Assembly (NCBI GenBank): GCA_012838035.1 | Contig: DUQB01000116.1 | Span: forward strand, 1 to 62,090 | Reading direction: 5' to 3' | DNA from: Bacillota bacterium | Lineage (GTDB): Bacteria; Bacillota; Limnochordia; DTU080 | DNA: 62,090 bases | In this document: positions 33,334 to 42,638 of the stretch, in pieces | Layout of the letters: every line of letters begins with the position of its first letter | Position numbering within the stretch: position 1 is the stretch's first letter | Position numbers and translations under genes: made by a program | The notes under the pieces: model-generated | Seen by the model: the letters and a program-made list of their open reading frames with translations, nothing else | Told to the model about the DNA's origin: nothing | Databases searched by the model: none

Positions 33334-34197
33334 CTAATTGACGACCATAGTGCCGATGCCCTTGTCGGTAAAGACTTCCAGCAACAGAGAGTGTAGCCCG
33401 CGCCCATCTATAATGTGTGTCCGAGATACGCCGCCCTTAAGGGCGCTGATGCACGCCTCCACCTTAGGAATCATGCCGCCGGCAATTGTACCTTGCTGGA
33501 TAAGCTCCAGGGCTCTGGCTACAGTTAAAGCGGAAATCAGGGCGTCGGGATCCTGCGGATCTTCGCTGATTCCCTCCACATCGGTAAGAATAATCAGTTT
33601 ATCGGCATTGAGCGCCGCAGCCAACTCTCCGGCAACGGTATCGGCGTTGATGTTAAGACTCTCCCCTTCAGAGCCCATTCCTACCGACGAGACAACCGGT
33701 ATGTAACCAGCTTTACTCACAATATGGACGATATCGGGATTAACCTTTACCACATCGCCGACAAAACCTAAATCCGGCTGCCCTTCTTGCAGGTGTTTAC
33801 GCGCGACTATCAGGTTGGCGTCTTTACCGGAGAGGCCGACCGCCTTACCGCCGTAGCGATTGATGAGGCTGACGATCTCCTGGTTTACCCTACCGACAAG
33901 GACCATCTGGACAATGTCCATGGTCTCGGCATCGGTTACGCGCAGACCGTTTACAAACTCCGACTTCTTTCCCAGGAGTCTCAGCATCTGGTTGATCTCC
34001 GGACCGCCGCCATGCACCAGAACAGGATTGACACCGACATATTTAAGCAATATGACATCTAAGATGACGGCCCGTTTGATCTCGTCGTTCACCATGGCGT
34101 TTCCGCCATACTTAATCACAAAGGTCTTACCATAAAAAGTGCGGATATATGGTAAAGCCTCAATCAACACATGCGCCTTTTCAACTATACTGTCCAT
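33334..34197 (-). CDS. argB: Acetylglutamate kinase
   Basis: VIKYGG, HGGGP, NINAD and GGMIPK motifs. Confidence 0.96.
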   Translation of the reverse strand: MDSIVEKAHVLIEALPYIRTFYGKTFVIKYGGNAMVNDEIKRAVILDVILLKYVGVNPVLVHGGGPEINQMLRLLGKKSEFVNGLRVTDAETMDIVQMVLVGRVNQEIVSLINRYGGKAVGLSGKDANLIVARKHLQEGQPDLGFVGDVVKVNPDIVHIVSKAGYIPVVSSVGMGSEGESLNINADTVAGELAAALNADKLIILTDVEGISEDPQDPDALISALTVARALELIQQGTIAGGMIPKVEACISALKGGVSRTHIIDGRGLHSLLLEVFTDKGIGTMVVN

Positions 34198-34227
34198 GCC
34201 GGTTCCACCTCCGGTACCGTTCGCTTT

Positions 34228-35454
34228 TCAGGAACGATAGGTAGCGTTGATCTTGACGTAATCGTAGGTAAAGTCACAAGTCCATGCGATAGCGTTATGC
34301 TCTCCGTCGTGTAATTGCAGCAAGATCCTGACATCACTCTTTTGTAAGACCAGCTTGGCCTTCGCTTCGTCGAAAGGCAACGACCCGCCTTGCTTAGCAA
34401 CCTGAACATCGCCCAGATAAATGTCGACTTTATCGGGTACAAATTGCGCTCCGGAATAACCGGCGGCGCACAGCACTCTGCCCCAGTTGGCATCTTCGCC
34501 AAATATGGCGGTTTTCACCAAATTGGACGTGGAGATACTGCGGGCGATCTTGCGTGCATCCTCCAACGAACGTGCGCCTTCTACGCACACCTCTATCAGC
34601 TTGGTCGCCCCTTCGCCATCCCGCGCAATCATCTTGGCGAGCTCAATATTGATGTAGTCCAAAGCCTCTTGGAAGACACGCATATCTTCCTCAGACGCAA
34701 CCACTACGCCGGATGCGCCGTTGGCCAACACGATGGTCATATCGTTGGTGCTTGTGTCGCCGTCAACGGAAATCATGTTATAACTACGGTTCACCGAAGC
34801 TGATAACGCCTTCTGCAGGCTAGCCGCCTCGATTTGAGCATCTGTGGTCACATAGGCCATCATCGTAGCCATGTTGGGATGAATCATACCTGAGCCTTTG
34901 GCCATGCCGCCTAAGGTTACCGTACCACCTGAAAGCCGTACTTCCACAGCTAAGTGTTTTGGTATGGTGTCGGTGGTTAAAATGGCTTCCGTCGCCAATT
35001 GACCGCCCTGCGCGGATAGGTGGTCGTAAGCTTCATCAATGCCGTTCTTCACTTTGGTCATATCCAAAGGTACGCCGATTACGCCGGTACTGCCTACAAT
35101 GACTTGCTCCGGCGCACAACCACATTTGGCGGCAACCATCTCGGCCATGCGGGCGGCGTCGTTCTCCCCTCGCGGCCCGGTACAAGCATTGGCGTTACCA
35201 CTGTTGATCACTACCGCTCGGCAGACGACGCCGGCGACCACTTTTTGGCTCCAGCGTATGGGAGCCGCTTTTACGAGGTTGGTCGTAAAGGCGCCTGCAC
35301 ACGCAGCGGGCAGTTCGCTGTAGAGCAAGGCCAGGTCCAAGCGTTTCCGTTTCAGACCGCAATGCGCCGCTGCCGCCTTAAAACCTCGCGGCGTCGTCAC
35401 GTTTCCGTCCCATTTGCACACCATATTAGCCACGCTAATCCTCGCTTTCAACAA
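34228..35454 (-). CDS. argJ: Bifunctional ornithine acetyltransferase / N-acetylglutamate synthase
   Basis: NSGNANAC, TTDT, KGSGMIHPNMATM, DTSTND and DGEGATK motifs. Exact start uncertain. Confidence 0.95.
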   Translation of the reverse strand: MLKARISVANMVCKWDGNVTTPRGFKAAAAHCGLKRKRLDLALLYSELPAACAGAFTTNLVKAAPIRWSQKVVAGVVCRAVVINSGNANACTGPRGENDAARMAEMVAAKCGCAPEQVIVGSTGVIGVPLDMTKVKNGIDEAYDHLSAQGGQLATEAILTTDTIPKHLAVEVRLSGGTVTLGGMAKGSGMIHPNMATMMAYVTTDAQIEAASLQKALSASVNRSYNMISVDGDTSTNDMTIVLANGASGVVVASEEDMRVFQEALDYINIELAKMIARDGEGATKLIEVCVEGARSLEDARKIARSISTSNLVKTAIFGEDANWGRVLCAAGYSGAQFVPDKVDIYLGDVQVAKQGGSLPFDEAKAKLVLQKSDVRILLQLHDGEHNAIAWTCDFTYDYVKINATYRS

Positions 35455-35470
35455 CCTTTTGAGCTAAGCT

Positions 35471-36517
35471 TTACGGTAATATGCCCGGATGGTTCAGACC
35501 GGTGGTCTCATCCAAACCAAACAAGAGATTCATATTCTGGATGGCTTGTCCGGCAGCGCCTTTTACCAAGTTGTCAATTACGGACTGGATCACGATACGC
35601 CGGCTGCGCGAGTCGTAACGGACCGCGATATGACAATAATTACTGCCCCAGACCGCTTTTGTCTGCGGTAACTGATCCGTACCCAGCACCAATACGAACG
35701 GCTCGCTCTGGTAGAAATCCTGATAAAGCTCGGTTAACCGCTCAGTTGTCCAATCCGATTGCAGGGGCTTGACCACCACTGTAGAAAGGATGCCGCGGCC
35801 CATAGGCACAAGATGCGGCGTAAAAAGGACTCTAGCCGGCTCCCCACCCGCCAGGGCGGCGACTCCCTGCTCCATCTCAGGCGTATGACGATGCGTGGTT
35901 GTACCATAGGCTTGGGTATTCTCGGTACAATTGGGGAAGTGGTACATCGCTTTCGGCGTTGCTCCGGCCCCCGAAACACCGGACACGGCGTTGACTATAA
36001 TGTCATTCACGGCGATTAACCTGTTTTTAGCCAATGGGCCGACAGCCAACAGAGTTGCCGTCGGATAGCACCCCGGGTTTCCCACCACATGAGCAGTCTT
36101 AATGCTCTCTCGGAACAATTCGGGCAATCCATATGCCGCTTTATGAGATAAATCCGCCTGAGTGTGCTTTGTCTTGTACCACTGTTCATACACATCCGTA
36201 TTGCGAAAGCGGAAGTCTGTGCCAAGATCGATAAACTTACCGCCGGCTTGTAAAATCGGCGGAGCTAGTTCCATAGCGGCGCCATGGGGTACCGCAGTGA
36301 AGACGACATCACAGCGTTGGGCTAAAGCCGCCGGATCCAAATCCTCATATTGCCAGACAGCCCATCCAGCCAGAGCAGGTTGTTCCTGCGCAACGGATCT
36401 ACCCGCCAATGATCGCGATACCAAGCATTCCAATTGCGCATGGGGGTGTGCGGCCAATAAGCGAATCAGCTCGTTACCCGTATACCCTGAAGCTCCGACA
36501 ATCCCTACCTTGATCAT
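35471..36517 (-). CDS. argC: N-acetyl-gamma-glutamyl-phosphate reductase
   Basis: GASGYTG, NPGCYPT, SGVSGAG and DNLVKGAAGQA motifs. Start at ATG 36517 after GGGAGG. Confidence 0.96.
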   Translation of the reverse strand: MIKVGIVGASGYTGNELIRLLAAHPHAQLECLVSRSLAGRSVAQEQPALAGWAVWQYEDLDPAALAQRCDVVFTAVPHGAAMELAPPILQAGGKFIDLGTDFRFRNTDVYEQWYKTKHTQADLSHKAAYGLPELFRESIKTAHVVGNPGCYPTATLLAVGPLAKNRLIAVNDIIVNAVSGVSGAGATPKAMYHFPNCTENTQAYGTTTHRHTPEMEQGVAALAGGEPARVLFTPHLVPMGRGILSTVVVKPLQSDWTTERLTELYQDFYQSEPFVLVLGTDQLPQTKAVWGSNYCHIAVRYDSRSRRIVIQSVIDNLVKGAAGQAIQNMNLLFGLDETTGLNHPGILP

Positions 36518-36594
36518 GTGCTTCCTCCCAAAACCGTACATAAGCGGATTATCCGGCGCATACCGAAGCTACCTGCCCAACCGGACTTGGAGTA

Positions 36595-36634
36595 ATTATA
36601 CATGCGCTTGCATATATATGCAAGCGCATGTATA
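36595..36634 (-). promoter_or_regulatory. arg operon promoter overlapped by an ArgR/AhrC operator palindrome
   Basis: TTGCAT (36623-36618), 17-nt spacer, TATAAT (36600-36595). Central TTGCATATATATGCAA ARG box sits inside a perfect 38-bp palindrome. Confidence 0.8.
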
Positions 36635-36955
36635 CATTATTTTGCCCAAATGAGCAACACCGCTCAGCTATACATCGCACACGCCTAACCAGCCGTTGCG
36701 CCGGTCAATAGCGCGCCGTTCTCGGTTAGAGTCTAAATGAAGTTAAGTTTACAAGCAAGGAAGAACCTACGTGGATCTACGCCGGTTAGGCATGGACAGC
36801 AACAGATTTACACAACGGGAAACCCAGGTGCATCGCGGTTTTCGAGCTAATTTGCGCTTACTGATGCGATGCAGGTGGATAGAAGAAGCGACAGGATAAG
36901 ATCCTGTAGTAGACCGGACCGTCATCACAGGCATGCGGGAACTCATACTCCCTCT

Positions 36956-37579
36956 TTAGTCTAGGGCAACTGTGGCGTCAGCGTCTTTATAAGCCATATA
37001 CACGCGATAGCCGCCTCCGCGGGCTAAATCGGTGATGTTGCCGAAAATCTGTTCAACGGCTTTGGCCAGCGTTTTTGCCCCCTGCTGCGTACGTGCCACA
37101 AAAGCGAACCGACCGCCTGGTAACAAATGTCTGTGAGCGGCGCTGAACATTTGCAGCAAACATTGCTTACCGGCGCGGATGGGGGGATTTGTGACGATGA
37201 GATGATACTTTTGCTTTTGGAGCGGCGCGAATGCCTCTCCACAGAATACCGTCACATTACGCAACCCGTTACGAACCGCATTTTCCCTGCTCAATTCCAC
37301 AGCGCGTTCATTGATGTCGCTCATATGCACCTGACAGTACGGACATACGGCAGCGAAGTACAACCCGATGGGACCATATCCGCAACCCATGTCGAGCATT
37401 ACTCCCTCTGCCGGCGCCGGCACGCTTTCCAGCAACAAACGGGTGCCGGCATCAACGCCACGGCGCGAGAACACTCCGGTGTCGGTGACTAGAACCAGGT
37501 GCACGTCATTGATGTCCAGGCGCACCACCTGCCGTTGGTGCGCAGCCGTGGGTTTATTGGCGTAGTAATGCTCACTCAA
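36956..37579 (-). CDS. RsmC/YbxB-like class I SAM-dependent methyltransferase
   Basis: EHYY, GVFS..VDAGT, LDMGCGYG and TNPPIRAGK motifs. Confidence 0.88.
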   Translation of the reverse strand: MSEHYYANKPTAAHQRQVVRLDINDVHLVLVTDTGVFSRRGVDAGTRLLLESVPAPAEGVMLDMGCGYGPIGLYFAAVCPYCQVHMSDINERAVELSRENAVRNGLRNVTVFCGEAFAPLQKQKYHLIVTNPPIRAGKQCLLQMFSAAHRHLLPGGRFAFVARTQQGAKTLAKAVEQIFGNITDLARGGGYRVYMAYKDADATVALD

Positions 37580-38539
37580 TTAGGAGACCCCTTCCCATAG
37601 GTTGTGATCCAGTCCGTAAGCCGCCTGTCTCGCCACATCAAACAAGCGGCAAAGATCAGCAAGATCCCTCGCGTTATGCTCGAGCACCGGTTTGATCGTT
37701 TCCGCACTGGGCTGCTGCATGTATGCATGGTAAAGCTCAGGCGCTAAGCTGCCGGGAGTATCGTTTTCCCGCTGCTCTCCCAAAATGTGTTCGACCACGG
37801 TGGGAAGTCTGCGGTTCTCTAATCCGGCCAACCGTTTTGCTTCCTGGTAAACGTCGTAATGAATGAGGAAACCAGGTGGTTTCATATGATGGACGGCCAT
37901 ACGCGCCTTTACATACGGTGCGTCGAATGCCCGTCCGTTATAACTCACTAGCCCCGCCTTCTCCGCCAGCAATTGTCCTGCCAGCCAAAGTACGGCTTTT
38001 TCTTCCTCAAAACCACGTGCAAACAACTGTCGCCGTTGCCAGGAACCAGCATCGTACCAAGCCAAACCAATGAGAAACAAAGGCAGTGCGCGCGCTAACC
38101 CGGTTGTTTCGATATCGACAACCATAAAATCCTGCGTGCTGAAATAACAGGCCAACTCTGCTTCACGTGCGCCGCAGCTGCGCAAATAGGCTAAATCGGC
38201 ATGCTCTATCGCTTTGATCACCCGGCGCGCTTCTGGCCCGTAGCGCTGATGGTCCTTTAAGTCGCGGATGTCGGTCATGCCTGCTTCACGTAACTGCCCG
38301 GCCGTTACCGCTCCTATACCATATACCAGTTCCAGATGCTGCCACAGGTACAAGGCCGGCCCAGGTTTTGCAGTGTGCTGATTGCTCGGTACCGACGTGA
38401 GATCCAGTACATAACACACGCCATGAGGTGTAGAGTGCTCCCTGCCCTCCAAATCGTCAAGGCGCGTGACAAGCGTGCGTTCATTAGACGCAGCTCGTTG
38501 CAAAGTCACTCTCCCTTTAATCCGATCTTGCAGAGACAT
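37580..38539 (-). CDS. RNase_H_2 (YprB/MrfB-like) DEDD exonuclease with HhH motif
   Basis: LELVYGIG HhH; DIETTGL, SYNGRAFD and HNARDL motifs. Confidence 0.8.
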   Translation of the reverse strand: MSLQDRIKGRVTLQRAASNERTLVTRLDDLEGREHSTPHGVCYVLDLTSVPSNQHTAKPGPALYLWQHLELVYGIGAVTAGQLREAGMTDIRDLKDHQRYGPEARRVIKAIEHADLAYLRSCGAREAELACYFSTQDFMVVDIETTGLARALPLFLIGLAWYDAGSWQRRQLFARGFEEEKAVLWLAGQLLAEKAGLVSYNGRAFDAPYVKARMAVHHMKPPGFLIHYDVYQEAKRLAGLENRRLPTVVEHILGEQRENDTPGSLAPELYHAYMQQPSAETIKPVLEHNARDLADLCRLFDVARQAAYGLDHNLWEGVS

Positions 38540-38560
38540 CTTAACCTCTCTTCATCATCG

Positions 38561-39349
38561 TCAGCCGGCCACAATCTGGGGACCGCGACTGGTACCTATC
38601 CTACTGGCTCCACCGGCAACCATCGCTTTGACTGTTTTGGCGTCCTTTACGCCGCCGGCAGCCTTAACCCCCATTTTTTCTCCTACTGCTGTCCGCATCA
38701 ATGCCACATGAGCTACGCTGGCTCCAGCCGGACCAAATCCTGTGGAGGTTTTCACATAGTCGGTACCAGCCCACTTACATAACAAGCAAGCGCTGACAAT
38801 TTGTTCCTCTGTAAAATAAGCCGTCTCTATGATGACCTTAATAAGCGCACGAGATCCCACCGCATTGGTGACGCTTAACAACTCCGAAAAAACCGCTTGG
38901 TAGTGTCCGGAGCGCAAAGCGCCGACTTGAATGACCATATCGATCTCTCTTGCTCCGCGCGCCACGCAGTCGGTTGCCTCCACAGCTTTGATGAGACCGG
39001 TAGCGATACCCAATGGAAAGCCGACTACCGCCGCCACACGAATACCAGCATCAGAACATGCTTCTACTGCGGTAGGTACCCAATAAGGTGCAACGCACAC
39101 CACCGGAAACTTGTGGACCACCGCCTCTTTGCAGAGCCGCAGAATGTCTGTTTCCACGGCTTGAGGCAATAACAGCGTATGGTCTATCAGGGAAGCCAAG
39201 GGGGCATTTTTAGGCGCAACCCACGGTTCAGTCGCCATGAACCCGTGATGACGTTGCGCTCGGATTTGGTCGCCGTTTTCTTCCAAATGCTCAGGAGTAT
39301 CCTGCAACACTGCGGCCAGTTTTTCTGCGACTGCCTGAATGTCGATCAT
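38561..39349 (-). CDS. deoC: Deoxyribose-phosphate aldolase
   Basis: IDHTLL, VGFPLG, EIDMV, KVIIET, KTSTGF, KAAGG and RIGTS motifs. Has an N-terminal extension; start uncertain (39349 or 39397). Confidence 0.93.
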   Translation of the reverse strand: MIDIQAVAEKLAAVLQDTPEHLEENGDQIRAQRHHGFMATEPWVAPKNAPLASLIDHTLLLPQAVETDILRLCKEAVVHKFPVVCVAPYWVPTAVEACSDAGIRVAAVVGFPLGIATGLIKAVEATDCVARGAREIDMVIQVGALRSGHYQAVFSELLSVTNAVGSRALIKVIIETAYFTEEQIVSACLLCKWAGTDYVKTSTGFGPAGASVAHVALMRTAVGEKMGVKAAGGVKDAKTVKAMVAGGASRIGTSRGPQIVAG

Positions 39350-39499
39350 GTATACCAATGCTCCTTCTAGAATATTTACTATTTTAGTGACCGGCAAGCC
39401 CCGATTGCGGAACTGGATCAGATTTCTTCGGCAGCCGCTGTAGATGCAGTGGAGGGCTTACGCAGTCTCCTGTAGAAATTGCTGCTGCGTACGAGCTTT

Positions 39500-40882
39500 C
39501 TATACAAGTTCAGCTATACTCTCAAGAATAAAATGAGGATACACGTTTTCGCGCACCATCCGGGCGCGGTCGGAGACACCGGTCAACACTAACCCCGTCT
39601 CGATACCGGTGAGTAAACCCATGCGCATATCCGTCTCCACACGATCGCCCACCATCAGGCACTCGTTCGGTTTCAAGCCAAGGACGCTAAGCGCCGCCTG
39701 CGCGGTAAGCGGATTAGGTTTACCCACGATAACCTCCGGCTCAACGCCGGAACAACCGGTAATAGCGCCGATCATGGAAGCGCAATCGGGAATGTCGCCA
39801 TTCTCCACCGGGCATGTGCGATCGGAATTAGTGGCGACAAACCCAGCACCTTTCTTTATGCACTGATAAGCGTTATTGAGCTTGTAGTAGTCGAACGTGC
39901 GGTCAAAAGCTGCCACCACCGCATCGACCTTGTACTGTTCCTTTTCCGGTTCCGTTACTACCCGAAAACCTGCCTGCCTTAGTTCTTCCAGCATCGGCGG
40001 CTCCGCCACGCAATACAAGCTGGCTCCAGGCATCCGTTCTTGCAGGTAGGCGGTCAGAACGGCTGAAGAGTTGATCACTTCTTCAGGTTCGGTAGGGATA
40101 CCGAGGCGCGTCAACTTCTCGGCATAATCATGTCGGGTATTGAGTGGTTTGTTTGATAAGAACACAACGCCGGCATTTTTGCGCAGCGCAGCGATAGTCT
40201 CGGCTGCTTGAGGGATGAGTTTTTCTCCCAAATAAACCGTACCGTCCAAGTCGAAAATATAACCTCGATAGGTGCGATCCGGCTTGCCGGTACGCGGCAG
40301 ATGAAGCGTCTCGTCATTCGTAATGAGGCAGCGCACCCGTTCATCATGCGTTTCCCAAGGTACGCGATGCTCAACCTGTGCTGCAAATGCGATACCTACT
40401 GACAAAGCGCCAGGTTTCAGCTGCGCTAAGAAACGATCATAGTATCCGGCGCCGTACCCGATGCGGTAACCGATGCGATCAAATGCCAAACCCGGTACGG
40501 CAACCACATCGATTTCAGCCGGATCGATCAGAGGATCGTCCTGCGTAGGCTCGGGAACCCCAAAAGAACTGGGCCGCAAAGCGGCCAAATCGGTGACCAA
40601 GCGTGCCTCCAAGCTGCGAGTAGCTTTGTTGACCACCGGTAACACCAGTCGTTTGCCGCTGTTCAGAACCTGCTGCAGCGCCTGTGTCGTCTCCACCTCG
40701 CTTTTTATGGAACTAAACAGCATCAAGGTCGGTGCTTCGGCGACTTGCGGTAAAGCGAAAAATCGTTCCCAAATCTGCCTGCTCCACCTACCGCGATCAG
40801 CGGATGACAAAGCATCACGTCGCGCAATCGCCTCCTTGCGCCGTTGCGCCTTCATGTTACGTATCGTCTCATTCTGCATCAA
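39500..40882 (-). CDS. Fusion of 5-formyltetrahydrofolate cyclo-ligase and HAD-IIA (NagD-like) phosphatase
   Basis: N-half: VPGLAFD..GYRIGYGAGYYDR and HD. C-half: FDLDGT, LSN, GKP and GDRVETD. Single continuous frame. Confidence 0.85.
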   Translation of the reverse strand: MMQNETIRNMKAQRRKEAIARRDALSSADRGRWSRQIWERFFALPQVAEAPTLMLFSSIKSEVETTQALQQVLNSGKRLVLPVVNKATRSLEARLVTDLAALRPSSFGVPEPTQDDPLIDPAEIDVVAVPGLAFDRIGYRIGYGAGYYDRFLAQLKPGALSVGIAFAAQVEHRVPWETHDERVRCLITNDETLHLPRTGKPDRTYRGYIFDLDGTVYLGEKLIPQAAETIAALRKNAGVVFLSNKPLNTRHDYAEKLTRLGIPTEPEEVINSSAVLTAYLQERMPGASLYCVAEPPMLEELRQAGFRVVTEPEKEQYKVDAVVAAFDRTFDYYKLNNAYQCIKKGAGFVATNSDRTCPVENGDIPDCASMIGAITGCSGVEPEVIVGKPNPLTAQAALSVLGLKPNECLMVGDRVETDMRMGLLTGIETGLVLTGVSDRARMVRENVYPHFILESIAELV

Positions 40883-40938
40883 TAACGGCCTCCTGTTAAT
40901 CCACCCGGCGCCGGTAACATGCCGGCTATACGCAGAGT

Positions 40939-41817
40939 CTATGATTGGTTCTTTTGTATGGTTGCCCGTAAGGCGGTTGCAGCATCAAAGGAGCTGCGTA
41001 CAAACGGCCCACTGGCTACATAACGATATCCTATGTTCAGAGCCATGGTCCGGTACTGTTCGAATTGCTCAGGAGTTACATACTCATATACGGGCGTATG
41101 TCGTTTGGATGGCTGCAAGTATTGCCCGATAGTGAGAAAACTGCATCCAGTGCGATATAAATCCTCCATGGTGGCAGCTACGTCGCTCGGTGTTTCGCCT
41201 AATCCAACCATAATGCTCGATTTAGTATAGACGGTCGGAGCCAAGCGATGCGCTTGGTCCAACACCTGCAATGACCTTTCGTAGGTAAAACGCGGGCGCA
41301 ACCGCACATGCAGTCGCTCTACGGTTTCGATATTGTGAGCAAAGATAGTCGGCTTCGCAGCCAGAACGTCGGCAATGGCTTCCGGGTTACCGTTGAAATC
41401 AGGGACTAATACCTCAACCGTCGTGCCGGGGCTGTGCTGATGAATCTGCCGAATGGTCGCGGCAAAATGCGCTGCGCCGCCATCAGGTATGTCGTCGCGT
41501 GTGACCGATGTGATAACCACGTGTGCTAATCCCAGAGCGGCTACTGCCTGACCGATGTGCGCAGGTTCACCTACGTCAATTGGTAAAGGTCGACCGCTCT
41601 CCACATTACAGAAACCACATTGACGCGTACACCTATTGCCCAGGATGAGAAAGGTAGCGGTCGATTTCGCCCAACACTCCCCCAAGTTGGGACAGTTGCC
41701 GCTTTCACAGATCGTATGCAGATGCAGATCGCTAAGCAAGCTGCGCATCTGCGCCAAAACCTGCGGATCCGGCAAACGTTTTTTCAGCCACGCCGGTTTT
41801 CTCTGTATAGGTTCCAA
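40939..41817 (-). CDS. lipA: Lipoyl synthase
   Basis: CX4CX5C (CESGNCPNLGEC), CTRQCGFC, TSVTRDD, GQYLQP and RSS motifs. Confidence 0.95.
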   Translation of the reverse strand: MEPIQRKPAWLKKRLPDPQVLAQMRSLLSDLHLHTICESGNCPNLGECWAKSTATFLILGNRCTRQCGFCNVESGRPLPIDVGEPAHIGQAVAALGLAHVVITSVTRDDIPDGGAAHFAATIRQIHQHSPGTTVEVLVPDFNGNPEAIADVLAAKPTIFAHNIETVERLHVRLRPRFTYERSLQVLDQAHRLAPTVYTKSSIMVGLGETPSDVAATMEDLYRTGCSFLTIGQYLQPSKRHTPVYEYVTPEQFEQYRTMALNIGYRYVASGPFVRSSFDAATALRATIQKNQS

Positions 41818-42116
41818 AGAACAAGACCTCCGGTTGCCCTTTTTACATACCCGCTTTTGGTTCGCTACCCCAACAGTGAAGTCCTGCGCTTCTCAGAGCT
41901 CTACCGATCACAGTTGAGGCTGCGCCTCCCTACCGCTACTCTTTTCATTCTACCTTCGGCAAGTGAGTTTGACGAGGCGTTGGGTAAGCTTTTCTATTTG
42001 TCTATCTACTTGAAAGAGATGCGCTCTTTTGCTGTGCGGCCATTCCCGCGTCGGCGCTATAACCTATCGTAACGTTATATTAACACCGAGCCGCGCTTTA
42101 AACGTCCTTTCTCCTG

Positions 42117-42145
42117 TTGACGTCACCGACACCATATGTTACGAT
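42117..42145 (+). promoter_or_regulatory. sigmaA promoter of trxA (1)
   Basis: TTGACG, 17-nt spacer, TGtTACGAT. Confidence 0.6.
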
Positions 42146-42192
42146 GTATTAGATTTATAAAGTTGTAAATTACTCAAGGAGGTAATTACCCG

Positions 42193-42519
42193 ATGACCAT
42201 GCAAATTACAGACAAGGATTTCGATACGCAGGTACTGCAATCATCCGGTTTGGTGCTCGTTGATTTTTGGGCGCCATGGTGCGGCCCCTGCAGAATGCTG
42301 GGTCCCATTCTGGAACAGATTTCCGAAGAGCACGGCGACAAGGTGACAATACTCAAGCTCAATGTCGATCAAAACCCTAACGCCGCACGGCGCTATAATA
42401 TCATGGGTATACCCACCATGCTTCTGTTCAAAGACGGGCGTAAAGTAGCGGAACTGGTCGGCGTACGACCCAAAGCCGAGATTGTCTCCACTATTACCCG
42501 ATGGGCTCAAGCGGCCTAA
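42193..42519 (+). CDS. trxA: Thioredoxin
   Basis: DFWAPWCGPC and IPT motifs; SD AAGGAGG. Confidence 0.95.
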   Translation: MTMQITDKDFDTQVLQSSGLVLVDFWAPWCGPCRMLGPILEQISEEHGDKVTILKLNVDQNPNAARRYNIMGIPTMLLFKDGRKVAELVGVRPKAEIVSTITRWAQAA

Positions 42520-42563
42520 GTCGGTTTTTTCCACAACAGAGCATCAGCAAGTGATTAAGTAGG

Positions 42564-42597
42564 AAAACCTCCTTAGTCGGTAGACTGAGGAGGTTTT
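42564..42597. terminator. Bidirectional terminator between trxA and the AraC gene
   Basis: AAAACCTCCTTAGTC-ggta-GACTGAGGAGGTTTT. Confidence 0.75.
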
Positions 42598-42638
42598 GCT
42601 TTGCGCTCCGGGCTATTGGACCTACGAACAGCCAAGGC

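Noticed and set aside
36767-36946. 59-aa Arg-rich small ORF (MSSRMPV...NRRRST) upstream of argC as an attenuator leader peptide
   Set aside because: It lies upstream of the ArgR-controlled promoter, the SD spacing is poor and no terminator/antiterminator follows.
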